Part shown: in pieces, positions 1 through 5,550 of the stretch
Layout: each line of letters begins with the position of its first letter
Numbering within the stretch: the first letter of the stretch is position 1
From: an archaeon
Lineage (GTDB): Archaea; Iainarchaeota; Iainarchaeia; Iainarchaeales; CSSED10-239
Assembly (NCBI GenBank): GCA_037147375.1
Contig: JBAWVI010000058.1
Location: 1 to 6,148, forward strand
Direction: 5' to 3'
Length of the DNA stretch: 6,148 nt
Made by a program: the position numbers and the translations under genes
The notes under the pieces: model-generated
Seen by the model: the letters and a program-made list of their open reading frames with translations, nothing else
Told to the model about the DNA's origin: nothing
Databases searched by the model: none

Positions 1-95
1 AAGACAAGGGATTGAACCTAATAAAAAGAAAATGCTTATAAAAAGATTTACTCTTAATATACATACTAATTATAGTAAATTAGATATAAATTTGT

Positions 96-110
96 ACAAA
101 TATAAAATTA
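96..110 (+). promoter_or_regulatory. TATA-box-like element upstream of the 130..1440 CDS
   Basis: The sequence acaaatataaaatta is centred about 27 nt upstream of the ATG at 130. That is the spacing expected for an archaeal TATA box driving a leaderless or very short-leader mRNA. No Shine-Dalgarno motif lies between it and the ATG. The region is AT-rich, so this could be chance. Confidence 0.3.
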
Positions 111-129
111 AGAAAAAAATGTGGTATTT

Positions 130-1440
130 ATGAAATGGAGTAAGGAAACTATAATATCTTTAATAATCGTATTATTATTCGTTGGATCAATATTTGGAAT
201 GGCTATTGGAAGTGGAGATAGATCTAACATAAACAATAACACAACAGACACAAACACAGTTACTAATCTAGATGAAAATAAACCAACTGAATTCTTTACT
301 GCATACATAGATTCAAATGTCTTGGATTTATATCCACAAATCATAGTTGTTGGAACCACAACCGTTTATGATGAATCAACAATTGACACAAGATTAAAAC
401 AAATTAGTGGAGTTAAAAAGAATACTATAAGCTTTCAAAGAGGAACTGATCAAAACATAATAACAATGATTAAAATATTAATTGATGCAGATAAAAAAAC
501 AGAAATTATTGCAAGTATTGATAAAATTGAATTTTTATCAACTCCAGGAGTATATCAAAGTGCATTGCTTTCAATGCCTAAAGGAAAGATTACTTTATCA
601 GGAGACAACAATACAACTAAAGAATATGAGTTTACTGATAGTAAAGTAGATGGAATGGTTGGAACACTTACTGAAAAAGGAGATGAGCTTAAAGCACAAA
701 TCCAAATTATTTTCCAAGGAGAAACTCCAATTAGATTCCTTGCAATTGAATCACAAAATCTATCCACAAATACACAAATAATGATGACAACAAAAAATAT
801 TGCTATTAAAGAATGGAATTCAGAAATTAGATTTTATGCAAATTCACCAATAACTAAAGAATTTGATGAAAATGAAATGAAAATCATTCTTGGAGATGAA
901 AACATAGGATTTGGGAGAAGTGTTGAAGGTTCACTTAGTTTTATACTAAAAGACAATAATATGTTTTTAGATGTTAATACTTACCTTTCTGAAATAAGAG
1001 ATGAAAATGAAAGTGTTATAAGTAATCTTACACTTGATGAAAATCTTGGTACTATTGAATTTAAAGAAACACTTAAACTAGATAAGTATAATTTAATTAA
1101 AAGTAAATTACTTGAGTTTGGAGTTAATAATACAAAAATCACAAGTGAACCAAGTAACATTTATAGAATTGATTATAGTAAAGACCAAATTGATTTAGAT
1201 TTAATTAAAAGTAAATTAGTTGCTGGTGGATTAGTTTTTAAGGAAGCAGAGAAGAATGCAACCTTTGATGTTTCTCAAGTTGAATACCAAGGTAAAATAT
1301 ACGCATACGATGCAAATACAACAACAGCTTGGTTATTATACCCAAGTGACTTAAACAAAACAAGTGTAGATTTAATTTTACAAGGATATTATTCTAGAAA
1401 TAAGCTTTGGTATATAACTTTACAAGAAAAAAGAGAATAA
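130..1440 (+). CDS. Hypothetical N-terminally membrane-anchored or secreted protein, family not recognised
   Basis: This is a long uninterrupted ORF (track 121..1440, TAA at 1438..1440). I prefer the ATG at 130 over the GTG at 121. The N-terminus MKWSKE is followed by a roughly 20-residue hydrophobic segment (IISLIIVLLFVGSIFGMAIG), which looks like a signal anchor. An Asn/Thr-rich linker (NINNNTTDTNTVTN) follows. I count 11 N-x-S/T sequons by hand. There are no Cys residues and no recognisable catalytic motif. Confidence 0.8.
   Translation: MKWSKETIISLIIVLLFVGSIFGMAIGSGDRSNINNNTTDTNTVTNLDENKPTEFFTAYIDSNVLDLYPQIIVVGTTTVYDESTIDTRLKQISGVKKNTISFQRGTDQNIITMIKILIDADKKTEIIASIDKIEFLSTPGVYQSALLSMPKGKITLSGDNNTTKEYEFTDSKVDGMVGTLTEKGDELKAQIQIIFQGETPIRFLAIESQNLSTNTQIMMTTKNIAIKEWNSEIRFYANSPITKEFDENEMKIILGDENIGFGRSVEGSLSFILKDNNMFLDVNTYLSEIRDENESVISNLTLDENLGTIEFKETLKLDKYNLIKSKLLEFGVNNTKITSEPSNIYRIDYSKDQIDLDLIKSKLVAGGLVFKEAEKNATFDVSQVEYQGKIYAYDANTTTAWLLYPSDLNKTSVDLILQGYYSRNKLWYITLQEKRE
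1091..1110 (+). repeat. Copy 1 of a 20-nt exact direct repeat, atttaattaaaagtaaatta
   Basis: It is identical to 1199..1218, and the flanking bases differ on both sides. It encodes (N)LIKSKL in frame. It contains the 10-bp perfect palindrome tttaattaaa at 1092..1101. Confidence 0.9.
1199..1218 (+). repeat. Copy 2 of a 20-nt exact direct repeat, atttaattaaaagtaaatta
   Basis: It is identical to 1091..1110 and offset by exactly 108 nt (36 codons). It encodes (D)LIKSKL in the same frame. The palindrome tttaattaaa lies at 1200..1209. Confidence 0.9.
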
Positions 1441-1470
1441 GTTCTCTTTTTCTTATTTTATTTTTTATTT
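1428..1470. terminator. Possible bidirectional terminator between convergent genes (hairpin plus oligo-T tracts)
   Basis: There is a perfect 10-bp stem, aaaaagagaa (1428..1437) paired with ttctcttttt (1442..1451), and a 4-nt loop taag that spans the TAA stop of the upstream CDS. On the + strand it is followed by T5, T4 and T6 runs up to 1470. On the - strand the same hairpin is followed by a T6 run. Archaeal termination is known to use oligo-T tracts. The whole element is A/T-only apart from two G:C pairs, so its stability is modest. Confidence 0.4.
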
Positions 1471-1799
1471 GCAAGTTCAATTGCTTCTGCAATATCCCCT
1501 TTAGTTTCTATAAGAAGTTTTTTTGCTTTATCTCTTGAAGTGTTTGCACTTTCTGAGACCATTATAATATCTTCTTCTGGAATTTCATTTCCTTTTTCTT
1601 CAGAAACGTCTCCAGCTATCTGAAAGCTTTTATTTCCCTGCATGTTTATTTCAGTAACTGACGGATTATTTATTATAATTTTACCTTTATCAGTTTCAAT
1701 TATTACTCTTTTTGCTTCAATTTCTTTATTTTCAATACCCATTTGCTTCATCATAGCATTTATTCTTCTTGGGTCAAGTCCATTCATTCCTGGAATCAT
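1458..1799 (-). CDS. nac: Nascent polypeptide-associated complex protein (archaeal NAC alpha homologue, NAC domain + C-terminal UBA domain)
   Basis: The 113-aa product has the N-terminus MIPGMNGLDPRRINAMMKQMGI typical of archaeal NAC. It has a NAC beta-barrel segment (RVIIETDKGKIIINNPSVTEINMQGNKSFQIAG). It has a UBA-like C-terminus (EEDIIMVSESANTSRDKAKKLLIETKGDIAEAIELA). A strong Shine-Dalgarno motif lies upstream. Confidence 0.92.
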   Translation of the reverse strand: MIPGMNGLDPRRINAMMKQMGIENKEIEAKRVIIETDKGKIIINNPSVTEINMQGNKSFQIAGDVSEEKGNEIPEEDIIMVSESANTSRDKAKKLLIETKGDIAEAIELANKK

Positions 1800-1806
1800 A
1801 ATTATT

Positions 1807-1812
1807 TCTCCT
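1807..1812 (-). promoter_or_regulatory. Shine-Dalgarno sequence (AGGAGA) for nac
   Basis: The minus strand reads aAGGAGAaataattATG, with 7 nt between the motif and the ATG at 1799. Confidence 0.6.
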
Positions 1813-1909
1813 TTAAATATTAAATAACTATAAATAATATGTGTGGAAAGTTATAAAAAGGATTTAGACTACATAAAATAAAGGTTTATAATCCTTAGTA
1901 TATAATATA

Positions 1910-1923
1910 TTTAAATTTAAATA
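1910..1923 (+). promoter_or_regulatory. TATA-box-like element upstream of the 1945..2571 CDS
   Basis: The sequence tttaaatttaaata is centred about 28 nt upstream of the ATG at 1945. No Shine-Dalgarno motif is present in caagattagatATG, which is consistent with a leaderless transcript. A second candidate, tatataat, lies at 1899..1906. This is an AT-rich background. Confidence 0.3.
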
Positions 1924-1944
1924 ATAAATCAAACAAGATTAGAT

Positions 1945-2571
1945 ATGCAAAATGGACTTCCAAGCAACTTTGAATCAATTGAAAAACAATTAAATATTAA
2001 GATTCCAGAAGAGGATAAGGAATATTTAAATGCTTTTTTAAAGAAAAAATCATTCCATATTGTAAATAAAAGAATTACTTATCCAAAGATTGAGGACATT
2101 AAGTACATTATTGAGAAGCTTGAAGCTGAAATTAAGGAATTAAAGTCTACAAGTGATTTTTGGAAGAAAGAAAAGAACACAGCTGAGAAGTATCATAAGC
2201 TCTTACCAATTAACATGGTTTTTAATAAAAACTATTGGAGACATAATGTTAAGAAACTAATTAATAAAAAGTACAAGCAAGATATAATTGATGCTAAGCT
2301 TAGTGATAAGATCTTACTTGATCCAGAATACAAGAATCTTTTTGAAACTTTCCTTGTGGATCCTGATTACAGAAGAAAATTAAGAGACACAGTAAACAAC
2401 TCAATTATATACAAGAACAACAAGATTGGGGATTACAGTATAAGAAAACAAGAATTCAAGAAAACAAGCGCAGAGTTTAAGGTTAAGCAAGTAGAAGATC
2501 AGATTAAAGATGTAGAACATAAACTAAATATTTATGATAAGGTATATGAATATCTAAAGAAATATAATTAA
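1945..2571 (+). CDS. Hypothetical Lys-rich (basic), probably coiled-coil protein, family not recognised
   Basis: This is a 208-aa ORF with ATG at 1945 and TAA at 2569..2571. By my hand count 39 of its 208 codons are Lys. It has heptad-like charged stretches (IIEKLEAEIKELK, FKVKQVEDQIKDVEHKLNIY). It has no TM segment, no Cys, and no motif I can assign. Confidence 0.75.
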   Translation: MQNGLPSNFESIEKQLNIKIPEEDKEYLNAFLKKKSFHIVNKRITYPKIEDIKYIIEKLEAEIKELKSTSDFWKKEKNTAEKYHKLLPINMVFNKNYWRHNVKKLINKKYKQDIIDAKLSDKILLDPEYKNLFETFLVDPDYRRKLRDTVNNSIIYKNNKIGDYSIRKQEFKKTSAEFKVKQVEDQIKDVEHKLNIYDKVYEYLKKYN

Positions 2572-2621
2572 TAAAAACCAATTCTTAGTTTTAAAAATAT
2601 TTATATTCTCTTCTGTTTCTA

Positions 2622-2634
2622 ATATATTATATAG
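2622..2634 (+). promoter_or_regulatory. TATA-box-like element upstream of valS
   Basis: The sequence atatattatatag is centred about 29 nt upstream of the ATG at 2657. No Shine-Dalgarno motif lies in the intervening gagctgatacaaatat, which is consistent with a leaderless or very short-leader mRNA. Confidence 0.4.
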
Positions 2635-2656
2635 ATACTTGAGCTGATACAAATAT

Positions 2657-5041
2657 ATGATACAGGATAAATGGACTAAGGATCTTGAAAAAGAAATAAT
2701 TAATGATTTCATTGATAAAAAGATATTCGATTTCTCTCTTACTGAGGATAAACCAGTGTATAGTATAGATACTCCTCCTCCATATCTTAATAGACCAGTT
2801 CATATTGGTCAAGCAACAACTTATGCAATCATGGATATGATTGCAAGATATAAAAGAATGAAAGGATATAAAGTTATTTTCCCACTTGGGCTTGATAGAA
2901 ACGGACTTCCAATTGAAATGGAAGCAGAAAAAAGATTCAAAGTTTCTATTCTAACAACTCCAAGAGAAGAATATATTAACAAGTGTAAAGAAATATTACA
3001 AGAAGCTTCTGGAGAAACTCAAAATAGTTTTAGAGAAATTGGAATATCTTTTAGCTCTTGGGATAATTATAACGTAATTGGAGGAATTTATGAAACTGAT
3101 TCTCCAAGATATAGACAATTAACTCAAAAAACGTTTATTGATCTTTATAAAAGAGGATTAATATATGAAGATGAAAAAATTGCTAACTATTGCCCTGGAT
3201 GCCTTACAACAATTGCTGATTCTGAAATAGATTATAAAGATGTAGAATCTTTATTTAATACAGTTTTGTTTACTGTTAAGGAAACAGGAGAAAAAATACC
3301 TATTGCAACTACAAGACCAGAACTTATTTGCTCAATTGGAATGGTTATATTTAATCCAGAAGATGAAAGATGGAAAAAACTTGAGGGAAAAACAGCAGTA
3401 ACTCCATTATTTAATATTGAAGTTTCTATTAAAGCTCATCCACAAGCAAAAATGGATAAAGGAACAGGCCTAGTTATGATGTGCTCTGCTGGAGATTATT
3501 CAGATATTAGATTTTTTAGAGAACAAGGAATTAAACCAATCATCTCTATTGATATTACAGGAAAAATGAATGATAATGCTCAAGAATTCTCAGGACTTTA
3601 TGTTAAGAAAGCAAGAGAAGCAATTATTGAAAGATTATTAAAAGATGGACTTATTACTGAACAAAAGAAAATATCTCATGAAGTTCCAATTTGTGAAAGA
3701 TCAAAACATGAAATAGAATTTATTGCTCAAAGAGAATTTTATTTAAAGCAATTAGATTATATTCAAGACATTAGAAAAATTAAAGACCAAATAAATTTTA
3801 CAAACCCATTAAGTAAGAAAATACTTGAAGATTGGCTTGATACAATTTCAACTGATTGGCCTATTTCAAGAAGAAGAATATATGCAACAGAAGTTCCATT
3901 ATGGTATTGTAAGAAATGTAATGAAATTATTGTTGGAGATGATACAAGGTACCAAAGACCATGGTGTGAAGAACCAACAACTAAGGCTTGTCCTAAATGT
4001 AAAGGAACTGAGTTTGTTGGAGAAACAAGAGTTCTTGATACTTGGTTTGATTCATCAAATACTGCTTTCTATATACAAGGATATGGAACTCCTTTCTTTA
4101 ATGAGCATCCAATCTGCTCACTTAGACCACAAGGAAAAGAAATTGTAAGAACTTGGTTATACTATACACTTCTCAAAGGATATTTAATAAATAATAAACC
4201 AATGTTTGAAAACGTTTATGTTCATCAACACATTCTTGATGGTAAAGGATATAAAATGTCAAAATCTGAAGGGAACATAATTAATCCACAAGATGCAACC
4301 AAGAGTTATGGTGCAGAAGCATTTAGATTGTGGGGAGCTTCAGAAGGGAATCTTGATCAAAAAGATTTTAAGTGCTCACTTGATAAAATATCAACTGAAC
4401 AAAAAACATTAAATAAATTATGGAACATAACTAAGTTTATTTCTCAGTTTAAGATGGTTCCGGAAGTTACACCTAGTTACACAGAAGCAGATAGATGGAT
4501 TTTAGGAGAAATAAATAAATTAACTAAAGAAACAGAAGATGGATATGAACATTATGATTTCCATAACCCAATCATTAAACTAAAGCATTTCATCTGGGAT
4601 ACATTTTCAAGTCATTATCTTGAGCTTGTAAAAACAAGATGTTATAATCCTGAAGGAGAATTTACAAAAGAAGAACAAAATGGAGCAATACAAACACTTA
4701 ACTATACTTTAGTTAAGCTTCTTTACTTAATGTATCCAGTAACTCCTTTTATTACTAAAAGAATACTAGAAGAAAATTATAATATAAACATCTATCAAGA
4801 AGAATTTCCTAAAGTTGAAGAATTCAAATCTTTGCTTAATACAGAATATATTGAAAAAATTAATAATGCAATATGGAAAGCAAAGAAAGATGCATCTATT
4901 TCCTTAAAAGAAAAGGTAAATAAAGTAATGCTATCAAATATATATAAAGATATTGAGATGGATTTAATTAAAACACATAATATCCAAAACATTGAATATA
5001 AAACAGATAATAGCGAACCAGAGGTTGTTGTAAATGCATAA
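2657..5041 (+). CDS. valS: Valine--tRNA ligase (valyl-tRNA synthetase, archaeal type)
   Basis: The 794-aa product is a class Ia aaRS. It has a HIGH-region variant, PPPYLNRPVHIGQA (HIGQ at 2801..2812), and a canonical KMSKS at 4253..4267. It has the archaeal ValRS block DMIARYKRMKGYKVIFPLGLDRNGLPIE. Its editing domain carries the motifs TTRPE and GTGLVMMCSAGD. Further family motifs are DWPISRRR, a CxxC...CxxC zinc motif (WYCKKC...CPKC), DTWFDSS and RPQGKEIVRTW. The helical anticodon-binding region contains FSSHYLELVKTR. Confidence 0.95.
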   Translation: MIQDKWTKDLEKEIINDFIDKKIFDFSLTEDKPVYSIDTPPPYLNRPVHIGQATTYAIMDMIARYKRMKGYKVIFPLGLDRNGLPIEMEAEKRFKVSILTTPREEYINKCKEILQEASGETQNSFREIGISFSSWDNYNVIGGIYETDSPRYRQLTQKTFIDLYKRGLIYEDEKIANYCPGCLTTIADSEIDYKDVESLFNTVLFTVKETGEKIPIATTRPELICSIGMVIFNPEDERWKKLEGKTAVTPLFNIEVSIKAHPQAKMDKGTGLVMMCSAGDYSDIRFFREQGIKPIISIDITGKMNDNAQEFSGLYVKKAREAIIERLLKDGLITEQKKISHEVPICERSKHEIEFIAQREFYLKQLDYIQDIRKIKDQINFTNPLSKKILEDWLDTISTDWPISRRRIYATEVPLWYCKKCNEIIVGDDTRYQRPWCEEPTTKACPKCKGTEFVGETRVLDTWFDSSNTAFYIQGYGTPFFNEHPICSLRPQGKEIVRTWLYYTLLKGYLINNKPMFENVYVHQHILDGKGYKMSKSEGNIINPQDATKSYGAEAFRLWGASEGNLDQKDFKCSLDKISTEQKTLNKLWNITKFISQFKMVPEVTPSYTEADRWILGEINKLTKETEDGYEHYDFHNPIIKLKHFIWDTFSSHYLELVKTRCYNPEGEFTKEEQNGAIQTLNYTLVKLLYLMYPVTPFITKRILEENYNINIYQEEFPKVEEFKSLLNTEYIEKINNAIWKAKKDASISLKEKVNKVMLSNIYKDIEMDLIKTHNIQNIEYKTDNSEPEVVVNA
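5021..5025 (+). promoter_or_regulatory. Shine-Dalgarno-like GAGGT for the 5034 ORF, embedded in the 3' end of valS
   Basis: The sequence reads ccaGAGGTtgttgtaaATG, with 8 nt between the motif and the ATG at 5034. Confidence 0.45.
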
Positions 5042-5534
5042 AGAAAGAAGAACTACCTTTTTAGGAGATATGATATTTATAATCATTCTTGTTCTTGCTA
5101 TTTATTTATCTTTAAATCTATTATCTGGAAATCAAATTATTAAGCTAAGTAAGATAAACGAGACTTATGGAGTATCTCAAGATAACTTAATTCCAAATAA
5201 CCAAGATGCATACATTGCAGACTTATCCTTACTTAGTGATAATGTGCACACTAAACCAATTATAGATTACATTAATTTAAATAAGGACTCTATTAAGATT
5301 AATAAATTAGTAAATTATAATTTAATAACAAATAATAATTGTATTTCAAGAACATTATATCTTCAAATCAATTCATTTGTACAAAAGCAAGATACTCTTC
5401 TTGATACTTTTGAAAAACTAGATTCTCCTAAGTTAAATAAGATATATTGGTCACAATATATTGATAACCTAAATAATAGAGATGAATATAGAAATTTAAA
5501 AACAGAAGTTATTAAACTTGAAATTTGTAACTAA
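5034..5534 (+). CDS. Hypothetical single-pass membrane-anchored protein, family not recognised
   Basis: This is a 166-aa ORF whose ATG overlaps the valS stop by 8 nt (ATGCATAA). Its N-terminus MHKERRTTFLGD is followed by a hydrophobic helix, MIFIIILVLAIYLSLNLL (positive-inside signal anchor). The rest is an Asn/Leu-rich polar domain with 2 Cys. TAA lies at 5532..5534. The only other Met (codon 13) follows AGGAGA by 1 nt, a spacing too short to be a good alternative start. Confidence 0.7.
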   Translation: MHKERRTTFLGDMIFIIILVLAIYLSLNLLSGNQIIKLSKINETYGVSQDNLIPNNQDAYIADLSLLSDNVHTKPIIDYINLNKDSIKINKLVNYNLITNNNCISRTLYLQINSFVQKQDTLLDTFEKLDSPKLNKIYWSQYIDNLNNRDEYRNLKTEVIKLEICN

Positions 5535-5550
5535 TTCTTTTTGATAAAAT

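Noticed and set aside
1-20. A tRNA T-arm-like string on the minus strand (reverse complement reads taGGTTCAATCCcttgtctt). It raised the possibility of a tRNA gene, a split-tRNA half, or an att-site tRNA remnant at the window edge.
   Set aside because: The 5' T-stem partner does not pair properly (ttagg against ccttg). The roughly 55 nt that would have to hold the acceptor, D and anticodon arms (positions about 20-70) are AT-rich with no D-arm or anticodon-arm structure, and a candidate acceptor match leaves the body about 11 nt too short. The element runs off the window, so it cannot be resolved here.
121-129. GTG at 121 as the start of the first CDS, as given in the ORF track.
   Set aside because: The ATG at 130 gives a cleaner signal-anchor N-terminus (MKWSKE + hydrophobic core) and sits at leaderless distance from the TATA-like box. 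The GTG start cannot be excluded; the difference is 3 codons.
2-133. Open frames at the 5' edge. The + strand frame starting at position 2 is open from the window start to TGA at 131..133, forming an ATGA overlap with the ATG at 130 and including an internal 33-codon ORF from the ATG at 32. A minus-strand ORF starts at 64 (MYIKSKSFYKHFLFIRFNPLS...) and runs out of the window. Alternative + frames stop at 13..15 and 39..41.
   Set aside because: These alternatives are mutually exclusive, all are short, and none shows recognisable protein sequence. My rough estimate is that a 43-codon open frame has a few-percent chance per frame at this composition. The stretch also looks like a promoter region. 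I cannot tell which, if any, is the end or start of a neighbouring gene without upstream sequence.
108-767. Minus-strand ORFs 108..359 (83 aa) and 555..767 (70 aa), antisense to the 130..1440 CDS.
   Set aside because: They lie almost entirely (108..359) or entirely (555..767) within a much longer ORF on the other strand. Their products are low-complexity and hydrophobic with no motifs. This is typical of shadow ORFs.
1642-1827. A + strand 61-aa ORF antisense to nac.
   Set aside because: It is a shadow ORF of a confidently identified gene. Its product is a featureless Ile/Phe/Leu-rich string.
1800-1944. A possible small RNA or operator in the 145-nt divergent spacer between nac and the 1945 ORF, including a 7-bp inverted repeat (aaggatt at 1858..1864, aatcctt at 1890..1896).
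   Set aside because: There are no C/D-box (TGATGA / CTGA) or H/ACA-like motifs on either strand and no GC-rich structured island. A 7-bp inverted repeat with a 25-nt spacer is expected by chance in AT-rich DNA.
2572-2656. A possible ncRNA or riboswitch-like leader upstream of valS.
   Set aside because: The spacer is only 85 nt, AT-rich and without a stable stem. It contains a CTGA but no matching C box. It is better explained as a promoter with TATA-like boxes.
2627-4992. ORFs overlapping valS: 2627..2812 (-), 3825..4148 (+, alternative frame) and 4795..4992 (-).
   Set aside because: All overlap the well-supported valS frame, whose translation carries the family motifs along its whole length. 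The alternative products have no recognisable features.
5034-5534. The idea that the 166-aa ORF upstream of bud32 is the KEOPS subunit Cgi121 (similar size, binds Bud32), or that it carries an archaeal class III (pilin-like) signal peptide at FLG/DMIFIII.
   Set aside because: Its sequence bears no resemblance to the Cgi121 proteins I can recall, and it has an N-terminal TM helix that a soluble Cgi121 should lack. For a class III signal, the expected K/R at -2 relative to the Gly is missing (the sequence is L-G-D-M). Neither idea is excluded for a very divergent protein, but neither is supported.
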